Shown here in pieces: positions 1 to 10,629 of a DNA stretch of 64,000 nucleotides. Numbering within the stretch: the stretch's first letter is position 1; each line of letters begins with the position of its first letter. This stretch comes from a bacterium. GTDB lineage: Bacteria > RBG-13-61-14 > DATKZS01. The notes under the pieces are model-generated. The model did not search any database and had not been told where the DNA came from. It worked only from the letters and a program-made list of their open reading frames with translations. Both the position numbers and the translations under genes were made by a program. Where the stretch lies: the NCBI GenBank assembly GCA_963674965.2, contig CAXXFL010000006.1, forward strand, positions 864,001 through 928,000. Direction: 5' to 3'.

Positions 1-1132
1 AGCGCGATCCTGCCTACAACCTCCCACACCTTCATCAGGTAGTCAGCAAGCTCGACCTTCTTGCCTTCGGCGGTTTCGACCCTCTCATATCGGGAATAAA
101 TTTCCAGGGCAGGGCCAATACAGGCGAACACAAGGTCCGCGCCCCGCACGCCCTCGTTCTGTAACCGCTCCATCCAGTCCCGCACCCGAGGAGTCAATTC
201 ACGAAGGACATTTCCCCAATCGCCAATACCAGCGTCTTCTGAACGGGGACGGCAAACAAGATGGACACTTGTTGCAAGAGCGGCAGAGTCACGTGATCTA
301 AGCCGATTTGGTCTTTCTGTTGCTACTGGCCATGATGCAGTTATCACCCATCCTCCTTTTATTACTCCTGATAAAAGTGCTTCCCATCCTTCTGTTGTCT
401 TATGGGCAAATACGATTGACCCAATACCTTCACTGTTAAGTACTCTACTACCCTCTTTAAATACGACTGACATTTGGCTTTCAAAAAAATCACGATCTTT
501 TGGGCGACCCTCAAAATCTCTTGTCTCGTCCTGGACAATTTCATTTGTCTTGGGGGAAAGAGTATTTGATTGATCAAATGGATCGCGAAGCAAATCTTTA
601 TCGGGCACGGTTCGTTTGAGCCATGCAAAGAAGAAATCCGACAAATCAGAATAAGGCACTGCATCATAATATGGAGGATCAGTAAACCAAATGGATGCAC
701 TTTTATCTGGCAGGGGAGAAATCCTTGCATCCGAACACTCAGCTTGCCCAGGAAATGGCAAAGGGACAAAATCCTGAACCGCTTGTGACTTTACACCTAA
801 ACCATGTAGGAAGCTACCGGTCGAATCAGAAAGTACAGCAGCTTCAGCAAAATCCCATAACATTGGAAGAGCTTGTCTTCCGAATACTCCGAGAATAGTT
901 TCCATATATGGCTCTGGGCTCCACCTACAAAGAGTTGAATTCCTCTCTACCGTATGATTAAGCATGAGAGACAATAAATTACCTGTTGATCTTGATTTTT
1001 GCCCTTCATGCCAAATTAGTTCTGCGAGCACTTTCAACGCGATATTCTGTCTCGCTGAAAACAAGTCTCCCCATTGGAGCATGCCATATCTCTGCACCCT
1101 GAATCCAAGAGTCCCAATAGGGGGCAACGGAA
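1..1132 (-). pseudogene. DUF1156-family adenine DNA methyltransferase, 3' part (cut off by IS3; runs off window start)
   Basis: Manual minus-strand translation of sampled stretches gives PLPPIGTLGFRVQRYGM..., WFTDPPYYDA (catalytic DPPY, ~660-690), VFAHKTTEGWEALL..., GADLVFACIGPALEIYSRY. Missing from the ORF track, consistent with having no stop in the window. Confidence 0.85.
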
Positions 1133-1167
1133 TGTGTCAAGCAAAATGAGACACGCCTTTCCTGAAT

Positions 1168-2184
1168 TTAGTGTGGCAAACTGTTTATTTCCTCCGGTTT
1201 CGCCGGTGGGTTGATCCACGCTTTGCCGGGCAACTCCGGCGCCGTCGGCGGTCTTTTCACGAAGCGCTCCGGTTTTTTTTCATAGGCGTGGTCGAGCGTT
1301 TTTTGCCTGGCGGCCACGATCTCGCTCGCCATTCCGTAATGGACCATCTCGGGCGTCATCAGGCCGATCCCGGTGTGCCGATGCTCGCGGTTGTACCAAT
1401 CGAAAAACTTCACGCAAAAGGCCCTGGCGTCCTCGATGGAGCCGAACCGGCTCGGGAACTCGGGCCGGTACTTCATGGTCTTGAACTGGCTTTCCGAGTA
1501 GGGGTTGTCGTCGGACACGTGGGGCCGCGAGTGGCTCTTGGTCACGCCCAGGTCGGCCATCAAGAAGGCCACCGGCTTTGATTTCATCGAACTCCCCCGG
1601 TCGGCGTGGATGGTGAGTTGTCCCGGCTCGATCCCCTGTTTTCGGATGCTGTCCCCGATCAGGCGGCGGGCCAGCTCCGCGCTCTCGCGTCCGGCGATCA
1701 TCCATCCCACCACGCAGCGGCTGAAGATGTCCATGATCACGTAGAGTTGGTAGCAGGTCCATTTGGCCGGTCCCTTGAGCTTGGTGACGTCCCAGGACCA
1801 GACCTGGTTGGGGGCCTCGGCCAGCAACTCGGGTTTTTTGTATCGGGGACGCCGAAGCTGGTTGCGCCGCTCCCTGACTTCCTTTTCCGAGTCGAGGACG
1901 CGGTACATGGTGCGGACCGAGCACAGCCATGTCCCCTCGTCCAGGAGCGTTGCCCAGACCTCGCGGGGGGCCTTGTCGGCAAAGCGCTCGGAGTGGAGTC
2001 CGTCCAGCACCCGGCGCCGCTCGTCCTCGCTCAACGACCTTGCCGGCTTGGCCGCGCGCCTCGGCGGCGGAGGCCCGAAGGGAATTTTAGCGCGACGATT
2101 AAACGTTGCTCGCGACAGGCCCAGGGCCTCGCAGGCGGCCTTGGCGCCGACCCGGGGAGCGGCCGTGCTTGCCGATTCCATCAT
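1168..2184 (-). CDS. IS3-family transposase OrfB (rve/DDE integrase core)
   Basis: PNQVWSWDVT, HADRGSSM and DNPYSESQFKTMK form the DDE triad. Confidence 0.93.
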   Translation of the reverse strand: MMESASTAAPRVGAKAACEALGLSRATFNRRAKIPFGPPPPRRAAKPARSLSEDERRRVLDGLHSERFADKAPREVWATLLDEGTWLCSVRTMYRVLDSEKEVRERRNQLRRPRYKKPELLAEAPNQVWSWDVTKLKGPAKWTCYQLYVIMDIFSRCVVGWMIAGRESAELARRLIGDSIRKQGIEPGQLTIHADRGSSMKSKPVAFLMADLGVTKSHSRPHVSDDNPYSESQFKTMKYRPEFPSRFGSIEDARAFCVKFFDWYNREHRHTGIGLMTPEMVHYGMASEIVAARQKTLDHAYEKKPERFVKRPPTAPELPGKAWINPPAKPEEINSLPH

Positions 2185-2720
2185 TCGCTCTCTTCGCCGG
2201 GCGGCTTGGCCAGGGGTATCCCCAGCAGATCGGCAACTTTTTTTTGGAAGTCGATTATCATCTCGGCCTGTTCGAGCCGCTTTTGGAGCTTCCCGTTCTC
2301 GCGCTCGAGGCGGGCCACTTCATCGGCCAGCGGGTTTTTGGCCTTGGGCTTGCGGCCCCGCTTTACGGGCGAAAGCGCTTTCAAGGCCCCCTCGTCCCGC
2401 TGCTTGCGCCAGGCCGTCAGGTGCGACGAATAAAGGCCCTCCCGGCGCAGCAGGGCGCCGACCTCGCCATGCCCCGAGCAGGCGTCGGCCTTCCCGAGGA
2501 TTGCGAGCTTGTAAGCCGCGGTGAAGCGCCGCCGGGCGGGCTTTTCCGGGACCTCCGGCTCGGGAAGAATGATCGGCGCCCCCACCCGCTCGGGCCGCTT
2601 GGCAGGAGTGTCCTCCGGCTCGGCCGTCCCGGTTGGGGAGACTCCGGTCGCCCTACGGGCTCCCTCCGTCTCCCCAACAATCCCTGCCTTCTTCCTGTCT
2701 TCATCCATCTCTCTATACAT
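2181..2720 (-). CDS. IS3-family transposase OrfA (HTH + coiled coil)
   Basis: RRRFTAAYKLAIL...LLRREGLYSSHLTAWR motif; ATGA overlap with orfB; exact start uncertain. Confidence 0.85.
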   Translation of the reverse strand: MYREMDEDRKKAGIVGETEGARRATGVSPTGTAEPEDTPAKRPERVGAPIILPEPEVPEKPARRRFTAAYKLAILGKADACSGHGEVGALLRREGLYSSHLTAWRKQRDEGALKALSPVKRGRKPKAKNPLADEVARLERENGKLQKRLEQAEMIIDFQKKVADLLGIPLAKPPGEESE

Positions 2721-2784
2721 CCTAATACCTCCCCCGCCCTACAGTAATTTAACATAGGGGAAGTGTCTCATCTACGTTGGCACA

Positions 2785-3952
2785 GAGGGCAAAGGCTCAT
2801 CCGGTATAGGCGACAACCCATTCGGGAGTTTTTCTTTCGAGATTTTCTCAAGCCTTTTTGTCGCTTTCCATATAGCTTTATAATCCCGATCATCAGGCAA
2901 GCGATAATGTCGGCCCTTCTCACCGGGTTTTAGTGTAACCACTGCCAGGAGTCTTGCGCCACCAGTCCGTTTACCTTTGCCGTTGAAAATTGTGTCGGCT
3001 CCTCCTCGTTGTTCCGATAGCTGTGCCCGGACCCGGTCTGGCTGAAGGACGGAGCCGCAGGCCAGGCATTTGGCTTTTGCCCTGCTAACGGTTCCAGAGG
3101 GAATTTCAGAGTCTTTTTTCGGCTCGAAAATCTCGAACTCGATCTCGGGCGGTCCCTTTTTAGGCTTTACTACTTTATATTTCAAGGCCCGTTTGCGCTT
3201 TGGTTTCTTGCAGAGCCAGAAGGACCGCATGAGCGGGATTTCGGCTCCACAATTGGGGGCCTCGCATTTGACGGTCCTCGCCCATAGGTAGGCGATAGGC
3301 TTGGCCCCGTCCGGGTCGTCGGGGTAGAACTCCTTGAGTTCTTTTTCAGCCTTTTCCTTGATCTCCTGTCCGACCTTCCGGAGTTCATCGGCCAGTTCGG
3401 GTCCGTGCCGGGGAATATCCTCCAGCAAGACCTTTTGGATAAGGCATGCCACGGGATTGAGGTCAGAGGCAAAGGCATCACACCCAAGACGCAGGGCCTC
3501 AAGAGGGATCGAGCCTCCACCGGCGAAAGGGTCCACCACCAGGGGAGTCTCGTCCGGGTGAGCGGCCTTGACCAACGCTCTTCCGCAGGCAAGATAGTCC
3601 GGGTCCGAAGAGTTGTCCCAGTTGGCGAAGTCACCAATGAACTTTAGCAGGACTTTTCTCAGGCCCTCGTCCTTTTTAACATCCTTGCTCCATGACGCAG
3701 GCCCTATGGGCAGTCCAACAGCGCCTTTCTCGCCCCTTCCTTGAACGCTTCCGGGCACTCGGGATCGCAAGGGTCCGGCAGCAACAGCCCCATCAACACG
3801 GCCCGACAAGCCGCCAGCGGCCTCCTCGCCCACCACAGATGCAGCGTGGAAGGATGCCCATGCCTGATCGACTTCTCCCTCGCCGAATGCCTCGACACCT
3901 CGGCAATCGGAAAATCCACCTCAATCAGTCTTTTGCATTCTTTGGGGATCAA
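2785..3952 (-). pseudogene. DUF1156-family DNA methyltransferase, 5' part (frameshift near 3705)
   Basis: KRLIEVDFP...[16 protein letters not shown] in one frame stops at 3704; VVDPFAGGGSIPLEALRLG (SAM motif) and YLWARTVKC continue in another frame until the IS3. Confidence 0.88.
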
Positions 3953-3956
3953 ATCA

Positions 3957-5231
3957 CTACTCCCGCCGCCCACTTGCCATTACCGCGTCGGATTCACTGA
4001 CCAATCTGGTATCTCTCAGGGCCTCCATAACTCTTCTCATGAATTTCTCGTCTCGCAAGGATTCATAAGTAACGTCTTTAAAAACGACTTTTATCTCCAT
4101 GTTTTTAGCCGTTCTCCCCGCTTTTATAAATTCATAATTGATATCACAAACAAGAAAATCTTCAATATCCTTTTCCGAGATAATATCGCCCCGCAATCTG
4201 ATATATTTGTCGGGAGGGTTCTGCTTCACGGCCGGTAGCAGGGCTTTGGTCAATGCATCGACATTTTTTTTCACGTGGTCCTTAAGAATATTCTTAATCC
4301 CCTCCTGAAAAGCCTCGACCTCATTTTTTAACTTATCGACTTCTTCCTCGAACTTTTCCTTGTTTACGCGGAGGATAATATTGCCATAATTGGCAATGGG
4401 TACAAGATACCTATCGGCGATTTCTTTCCTGTGGTCCATCAGGGATTTCTCGGATATCTTTTTCCCGTTTTTTTCAATGACGAGGTCCGATTGCTCCACG
4501 AGATTAAAGTGGGCCTGGAACTGACTCTTAATTTCCTTTTCCCTTGCCAATCCTACAAGATCGCTGGGGATGGGTACCCTTTTCCGAGATATGTTACATC
4601 CGGTCATGGTGAACTCGACAAACTGGAACTTCGATGTATAAATCCTTATCTGGCGAGCAAGATCGAATTTTAAAGGAGGGCTTTGTTGGAGGTCGGCCTC
4701 GACGGCTTTTATCCTTTTCGCGTCCACCGGAGTAGCCTCAGATATGCTCCGACTCCTGGAGTCTTCATCCAATCTAATCTCCGACGAAAGGCCCGCGGGA
4801 GTCTCTCCAATTATTATTGCATTGGGACGCTCTTGATTGGTTGATCCCGCCTCAATCAAGAGTGGGGTGGGACTGTAAATAAGAGTTGTGTTGTCGCAGA
4901 TGAGGACGCCAATCCTGATGCCGGGCTGATGATAGACTGTTGTGCCCATTTTATTTGCCGCGTCGTTTAATACTTGCAGCCCTTCAAGAGTGCCGTAACC
5001 AAGTCGGCACACTTCAGGGTCAATATCAATAATAACTTGAACCGCTTCTCCGCGATTTAAGCGAAACCAAGCCTCATGGATTGCTGTTGCTACCGGCTCT
5101 GACACGCCCGGCGCCATGTAGAAGACCATATCTCGAGCGGTCTTTATCAGGCTGATAATAAGGTCGTCATCGACATTGGTTATTGCGGGTCCGTTTCCCA
5201 TTGATTCCACCCCCGATTCAAATATGATCAC
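3957..5231 (-). CDS. Hypothetical protein, N-terminal PLD-like domain plus helical C-terminus
   Basis: 424-aa ORF coupled to both neighbours; [15 protein letters not shown]...VQVIID...RIGVLICD...YSPT resembles a PLD fold without a canonical HKD. Confidence 0.6.
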   Translation of the reverse strand: MIIFESGVESMGNGPAITNVDDDLIISLIKTARDMVFYMAPGVSEPVATAIHEAWFRLNRGEAVQVIIDIDPEVCRLGYGTLEGLQVLNDAANKMGTTVYHQPGIRIGVLICDNTTLIYSPTPLLIEAGSTNQERPNAIIIGETPAGLSSEIRLDEDSRSRSISEATPVDAKRIKAVEADLQQSPPLKFDLARQIRIYTSKFQFVEFTMTGCNISRKRVPIPSDLVGLAREKEIKSQFQAHFNLVEQSDLVIEKNGKKISEKSLMDHRKEIADRYLVPIANYGNIILRVNKEKFEEEVDKLKNEVEAFQEGIKNILKDHVKKNVDALTKALLPAVKQNPPDKYIRLRGDIISEKDIEDFLVCDINYEFIKAGRTAKNMEIKVVFKDVTYESLRDEKFMRRVMEALRDTRLVSESDAVMASGRRE

Positions 5232-8200
5232 CTTTGATAGAATTTACGGGCAACTGATAATGCGCGACTTTAGTGACCTCTTTCCAATCCAGCCTTGCCG
5301 GGTCTTTAATAGGCTCCTTGAGCGTGGGCGCGCTCTTGCAATTAGTCACAACATAGAGCCAATAGCAATCGCGTCGGTCTTCTGCCACTCGCCGTTCGTT
5401 GGGAGTGAGGATAACGGCGCCGGATTCCGCTCCGATCCCTTTGACTTCGATAAGCCGAAGATCGCCGGAGTTGAGGTCCAGGCTGGTAACATCATAGCCT
5501 AGATTTTTCTCGGATACGTCATATACCCGTCGGCCCTGGGCCTGTTCATGCTCCATGACCACGCGCATGGCGATCATCTCGGTTTCTTTGTCCGGCCTGA
5601 GATTTTTCATCTCGGGCTTTTCCCGGTCCGGATGGGGAAGAATGAGCGCGGAAGTGAGACGTTCAATGCCCTGGAGGGTTAGAGATCGCTGCCTTGCCAA
5701 TTCCTCGCGTCGTTTTTCTCTTCGGGCCATCAACTCGGCATGTCTTGCTTCGGCCTGAGCCAGACGGCCTTCGGCTCCTTGCATCTTGCTTTCGATGTCT
5801 TCCTGGGCCTTGCCGATCTCCTCATCTACCTTGCCCAGCAATTCAGTCAAGGACAATTCGACATGGGCCGCTATCCTCTCGACCTCTTCAAGCCTTTCCT
5901 TGCGGACCGTTTCGATGAATTCCGTGAGGGCATTCTGATTCAGGAAAGATGTCGCCTCGGGCACCGAAACAAGGTTCGGCAGTTGTGAGGGTGGATTCTC
6001 GACCGGCAGCATGTTCCCGAGAATGCCAGGTTCATGGAGTCGCACTCCACCATTATCCGTCAGCCCCAGACAGAAGAGTCTTTCATGAACGATCTTTCCC
6101 ATGCCGTCCACTACCTTGGCCCGATAAAAGTCCAGGCGCTCGGGCTGATCATGGGATAGCGAGTAATAGCAAGCTCCCTTTCCGAAATGGGCGATGGCCT
6201 GGGTGTAGGTTTCCCGTCGAATAGCCTCGAACAGGGGATGGCCGGGGGTGATCCACTCAAGGCGGTTTTTCTCGGCAGTTTCCCGGTCGGTCGAGCATCT
6301 TGGATAGCGATTTGAGAGTGGCGGCAGTTTCCAGTCATCATCCTGCTCGTATCTTCGGAGGGCGGGAGGAGTTCTGGACGGATCAAAGGTGTGCCGAAGC
6401 TTTTCCACGAAGGTGATCTTTATGGGCATGAAATCGGATGCTTCCTTCATGAAGCGGGCGATGGTTTCCGGCACAACCCTACGCTCCTGAGCGCGGGCTC
6501 TTCTCTCGATCAGCATGGCTAGGTTCAAATTCTTGGTGGCCAGTCCTTCGAGAGCTGTTTGGCAAATCGAGCGGAATTTATCCTCGTCCATGGGCTTAAG
6601 GATACGATCTTCTAGATCGGCATCTCCGAGACGGCCCGCATAGTATTCACGAAGTATGCGTTCTATATGTGCTGGCGGCAAAACCTCACCTACAACGTTA
6701 AAAACCGTATCGTTTTCCAAGGCGTCCCGAATGCTCTGGAGCTTTTCAAGGAGCCTTTCAAGTACTCGGCCCTCGATAGTGTTGGTGGCGACAAAGTTCC
6801 AAATGAAGCAGGGATATAGCTGTCCATAACGATGGATGCGGCCCATCCGTTGTTCGAGACGGTTGGGGTTCCAGGGGATGTCATAGTTGAACATAATGTT
6901 GCAGCACTGGAGGTTGATTCCTTCCCCGGCTGCCTCGGTGGCGACCAAAACCTGGATGTTCCCTTCCTTGAACTGTTGCTCCATGAAGATGCGGGTTCCG
7001 GGGATGTCCCGGTCTCCCGGCTTCATACCGCCGTGGATGTGACCCGTGGAGAAGCCCCAGTCCTTGAGGCACTCAATGAGGTAGTTCAAAGTGTCCTTGA
7101 ACTCGGTGAAGATAAGAAGTCGCTTGTTCTTGTCTTCGTAGAAGCCCTCGTCTTTCAGAAGGTTTTTCAGCTTGGTGAGTTTGGCCTCGCACCCCATGTC
7201 CACGACCTTTTGGGCCTGCTTTGCCAAAACTCTGAGTTCCTCGATCTCTTCCTTGATGAGGTCGGCATTATTGGTCATGGTGATGGCTTCGATGAGTTTC
7301 TCGAACTTCTCCTGCTCGGCCTCCTCCATCTCTTCCCAATCTTCTTGGTCCGGGATGGTGGGCGGGGCATGAGCGACCATCTCTTTAGCGTCTTTGAGTT
7401 TGTTCTCAAGACGATTGGCGCGGTTCTCAAGAGAGTTCTTTAGAGCTGCGGTGCTTGAGGCCAAGCGGCGCTGGTAGAGTGACATTAGGAAGCCAACTGC
7501 ACGGGCGCGGGGATCATCTCCAGCCTCGGCAGCTTTGGTGGCGTTGCGCTTAACGAATCGAGTGACTTCCTTGTAAAGAGTCATCTCATCGCCGTCTATT
7601 TTGAAATCTGCCGTGTTGGGTATTCGTTTGGTGAAGATAGGTCTAGCTTTCCAGTTCCCTTCCTCGTCTTTCTCCGGGAAGTAGAACATGGCTTCCTTGG
7701 TGCGGCGAAGATAAAAGGGAGCGCGCCGCTTCTGCATTGCTTCCTCAATGGACTTGACATCAGCATAGACATCTTTGTCGAGGAGTTGCAGGAAAAGAGT
7801 GAAGTTTGCCGGCACGCCTTTGTGAGGAGTCGCGGTAAGCATCAGCATGTGATCGGCTGTGTCCCTAAGCAGTTCGCCCAGGGCGTATCGTGCCGTCTTC
7901 TTCGAAGGGGGCGACCATGACATCCGATGGGCCTCGTCGATGATGACCAGATCCCAATGGACCTGTTTGAGGCCGGGTAGAATCTCTTCGCGCTTGGCCA
8001 GATCGAGGGAGGTTATGACCTGGTTTTTCTCCAGCCATTCATTAACGCCATATTGTTCCCTGATGTCAGTTCCCTTAAGAGGAGTGAAGTTCTCGCGGAA
8101 CTTGTCCCACAGTTCACGCTTCCATTGAAAGGATAGGTTCGCCGGGCATACAATCAGGATGCGTTCGCAAAGCCCCCTGAGTTTTAGCTCACGGATTAGT

Positions 8201-8622
8201 AGGCCGGACATGATCGTCTTGCCCGCCCCGGCATCATCAGCCAGAAGAAATCGTACCTGAGCGAGCTTGAGCATGTAATCATAGACGGCCTCAAGCTGGT
8301 GAGGCAGAGGATCAACCCTGGAGATGGAAAGTCCAAAGTAAGGGTCGAACTCCCAGGCAATACCCAGAGAGTAAGCGTCGAGGCCGAGCTTCAAAAGTCT
8401 TCCATTGCCTTCATAAGTGCAACCGGCTTCCTGAACAGTAATATATTCCAGATCATGTGATGAAATTGTGACGCGTCGGAACTGCTCGGTCTTGATGCCT
8501 ACGAGACCTACAATCCAGCTATCCATTCCATTGGGCTTGACGGTCTCAACCCTCATTGGTTCGTTGAATAACGGGCCGGATACAATGCAATCGCCGTGAA
8601 ATGGAGACTTTAAAGAATTCAT
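5218..8622 (-). CDS. SNF2-family helicase with C-terminal DUF3883 (PD-(D/E)xK-like) nuclease domain
   Basis: LLADDAGAGKT, IIDEAH, LTATPH, EGINLQ, EQRMGRIHRYGQ; C-terminal GYDVTS...IEVKG. Confidence 0.92.
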   Translation of the reverse strand: MNSLKSPFHGDCIVSGPLFNEPMRVETVKPNGMDSWIVGLVGIKTEQFRRVTISSHDLEYITVQEAGCTYEGNGRLLKLGLDAYSLGIAWEFDPYFGLSISRVDPLPHQLEAVYDYMLKLAQVRFLLADDAGAGKTIMSGLLIRELKLRGLCERILIVCPANLSFQWKRELWDKFRENFTPLKGTDIREQYGVNEWLEKNQVITSLDLAKREEILPGLKQVHWDLVIIDEAHRMSWSPPSKKTARYALGELLRDTADHMLMLTATPHKGVPANFTLFLQLLDKDVYADVKSIEEAMQKRRAPFYLRRTKEAMFYFPEKDEEGNWKARPIFTKRIPNTADFKIDGDEMTLYKEVTRFVKRNATKAAEAGDDPRARAVGFLMSLYQRRLASSTAALKNSLENRANRLENKLKDAKEMVAHAPPTIPDQEDWEEMEEAEQEKFEKLIEAITMTNNADLIKEEIEELRVLAKQAQKVVDMGCEAKLTKLKNLLKDEGFYEDKNKRLLIFTEFKDTLNYLIECLKDWGFSTGHIHGGMKPGDRDIPGTRIFMEQQFKEGNIQVLVATEAAGEGINLQCCNIMFNYDIPWNPNRLEQRMGRIHRYGQLYPCFIWNFVATNTIEGRVLERLLEKLQSIRDALENDTVFNVVGEVLPPAHIERILREYYAGRLGDADLEDRILKPMDEDKFRSICQTALEGLATKNLNLAMLIERRARAQERRVVPETIARFMKEASDFMPIKITFVEKLRHTFDPSRTPPALRRYEQDDDWKLPPLSNRYPRCSTDRETAEKNRLEWITPGHPLFEAIRRETYTQAIAHFGKGACYYSLSHDQPERLDFYRAKVVDGMGKIVHERLFCLGLTDNGGVRLHEPGILGNMLPVENPPSQLPNLVSVPEATSFLNQNALTEFIETVRKERLEEVERIAAHVELSLTELLGKVDEEIGKAQEDIESKMQGAEGRLAQAEARHAELMARREKRREELARQRSLTLQGIERLTSALILPHPDREKPEMKNLRPDKETEMIAMRVVMEHEQAQGRRVYDVSEKNLGYDVTSLDLNSGDLRLIEVKGIGAESGAVILTPNERRVAEDRRDCYWLYVVTNCKSAPTLKEPIKDPARLDWKEVTKVAHYQLPVNSIKGDHI

Positions 8623-8840
8623 TTGCCAACCTTTCGGGCATTTTTATCTCGATCTTTGTCATCACCACCAGATTTTACCCACTGATCAATTTCTTCTTTA
8701 CGGAATTTCCAAAGACGACCAACCTTATGAGCTGGCATGCTCTTGCGAGATATCCACTTATATACCGTGTCCCGCTTCACACCAAGGTAGGCAGCTATCT
8801 CATCCACGGAAAGCCGGCGATCTCCTATGGTGTCAATCAT
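8619..8840 (-). CDS. Excisionase-like HTH_17 DNA-binding protein (copy A)
   Basis: LSVDEIAAYLGVKRDTVYKWI...PAHKVGRLWKF; ATGA overlap with the helicase. Confidence 0.88.
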   Translation of the reverse strand: MIDTIGDRRLSVDEIAAYLGVKRDTVYKWISRKSMPAHKVGRLWKFRKEEIDQWVKSGGDDKDRDKNARKVGK

Positions 8841-8855
8841 TCCTATTCTCCAAGC

Positions 8856-8892
8856 CATATAGCCAACCACAAGGACTTGTCAACGGTTGACA
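8856..8892 (-). promoter_or_regulatory. Putative sigma70 promoter/operator upstream of HTH copy A
   Basis: Minus-strand TTGACA-16nt-TATATG, overlapped by the palindrome TGTCAAC-G-GTTGACA (8878-8892); conserved in copy B. Confidence 0.5.
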
Positions 8893-9099
8893 ACGTTGTA
8901 GTTCAAGCAATCTGTCCAACAAATCGGATTTGAACTATCCCAATCATAACAGGAGCGTATGCCATGTCAAGATGGAGTACCCAATAGTTTTTTATGTAAC
9001 GCGAAATCTCGTTACGGCCAACTTAGTATTCTATGAGTGTTTTGCCAATTCTTTCTCTTTTCTTCGAAGATTAAAAGCCAAGTAACTGATATTTTGCAT

Positions 9100-9279
9100 T
9101 TTTTACCACACTAAATATAAGCAAAGCACTCTATTGTAAGTATTATTGCATCCAGGCTTAAATCCCTCCAACCTATCAATCGCCGGGAGCATCACCTCCG
9201 GATCGTCAAAGGTCAGAAGCTTCCCCGACACGCGGCGCCAATCGCTCGTGGGCTGGTCTTTGGGGAGAAGATGGGGGTG
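9100..9279 (-). pseudogene. 3' remnant of gamma-glutamylcyclotransferase gene (paralogue of 53658-54206)
   Basis: Reads HPHLLPKDQPTSDWRRVSGKLLTFDDPEVMLPAIDRLEGF, versus HPHLLPKDPPTGDWARVSGELLTFDDPEVRLPAIDRLEGF in the intact copy. Confidence 0.8.
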
Positions 9280-9380
9280 TTGGGCCAGTTTTTCGGCGAA
9301 GCGCCGTTCATAGCCGATTCCTGTCGGTGGGAACGTCCAGTTGGGCGATCACTTGGCCTTGCATGCCGATCGCCTTTATT

Positions 9381-9480
9381 CTACAATTTCGACAAGGACA
9401 CGTCGATGCCCACGAACGTATTACAATCATTTAGTTTCTCCATAACGGGCTCTCGCGGTAATGGTTTTGCAAGCTTCATT
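9381..9480 (-). pseudogene. Possible IS110 transposase 5' remnant
   Basis: MEKLNDCNTFVGIDVSLSKL resembles the IS110 N-terminal GIDVS motif, then stops. Confidence 0.35.
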
Positions 9481-9680
9481 TTACCAGAGCGTCCGTCTTT
9501 TAAAATATCATCCTGGCCGAGCTTCCGCTGAAGCGGATACGGACAAACGTGCTGGAGGAATAGATAACAAATGGGCGCTTGAAATACTCGAGAACAGGAG
9601 CATTCCATTTATTCGTAATGAAATCAGCTTGAAGTTAAACCTGTAATAGGGCGCCGTTCGTCAGCTAAGGGGGTCAAAAA

Positions 9681-10496
9681 ATGGTATTTAACCTTAAAGA
9701 TGAAAAAGATTTTCGGGCATATCAAGAGCGCATGGAGATTGAGATGAAAAAAGACTGTAGTTTTTATTACAAATCAAACAAGACTTTCAATAATTTCTTC
9801 TACTATCTCACAATTGACGCCAATAATACTTATTACTCTGATGATAAAGCAAGTGCAGAAGACAAAACATTTGCGATACTTAAGAAAAAATCAATCAAGG
9901 AAGTCTGGCATCATATGTTATACCGTGACATGCCAGATGAGGTATCTATTAAAGAGGACACGGCCCGGTACGCCGCGTATATGCTTATCCGCAGTCAGAG
10001 GTGTGAGCGATATATACAAATTGACAAAAATGCCGCCAGGGTGCGCCAGAGCGGAAAAATTGAGGGTCATCATGCAGAAGAAATGGCATATGCGGTATAT
10101 GAAGCAAAGAATTGGGTGCATCAATGGGTCAGGGATGACAATATTGATAAATTGATTGAGCTTGGAGAGGCCCTCGAACAAATGCGCGCAAAAATCAATG
10201 GCAACACAAATATAGGGCGACGCTATTTTTGTTATATGTACTGGAATTATTGCAGAAAACTATTCCAAAGGTCGGGCGAGCAAATTCCGTTCCAAGAATT
10301 CATGTTTTATAAACTTAAGGCTTTAGGACTTGAAATGCCGAATACAAAGACCATTCCCCGTAACAAACAGGGTGAGCCGAATGGCGAGCCAATCTTGGAT
10401 GATAATCCCGAATCATTCGGAGCTTACTATCGTTCTAAACTAAAACTATCCGACAACTCCGATTCCCCAATAATAACCTGTACTGAATGGCAATAA
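9681..10496 (+). CDS. Hypothetical protein (low GC)
   Basis: 271-aa ORF with an AAGGGGG RBS; no motif recognised. Confidence 0.6.
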   Translation: MVFNLKDEKDFRAYQERMEIEMKKDCSFYYKSNKTFNNFFYYLTIDANNTYYSDDKASAEDKTFAILKKKSIKEVWHHMLYRDMPDEVSIKEDTARYAAYMLIRSQRCERYIQIDKNAARVRQSGKIEGHHAEEMAYAVYEAKNWVHQWVRDDNIDKLIELGEALEQMRAKINGNTNIGRRYFCYMYWNYCRKLFQRSGEQIPFQEFMFYKLKALGLEMPNTKTIPRNKQGEPNGEPILDDNPESFGAYYRSKLKLSDNSDSPIITCTEWQ

Positions 10497-10545
10497 ACCA
10501 TTTAAATGTAACGCTTTTTTACAGGCCAAACGAAATATTTATTGT

Positions 10546-10579
10546 TCACTAAACGAAATTTTTTTTTTTCGTTTAGTGA
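10546..10579 (+). terminator. Inverted repeat (terminator or operator)
   Basis: TCACTAAACGAAA ... TTTCGTTTAGTGA, 13-bp arms around a T-run; AAACGAAA also at ~10528. Confidence 0.45.
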
Positions 10580-10629
10580 CTACCTTTTCTTTCTTCTCTA
10601 TACTGCGTAAACAAGCTAACGAAACCATT

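Larger units (their letters stand above)
1133..2784 (-). mobile_element. IS3-family insertion sequence (complete)
   Basis: Imperfect 22-bp terminal IRs TGTGTCAAGCAAAATGAGACAC (1133) and revcomp TGTGCCAACGTAGATGAGACAC (ends 2784); encloses orfA and orfB; interrupts the DUF1156 gene. Confidence 0.9.
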
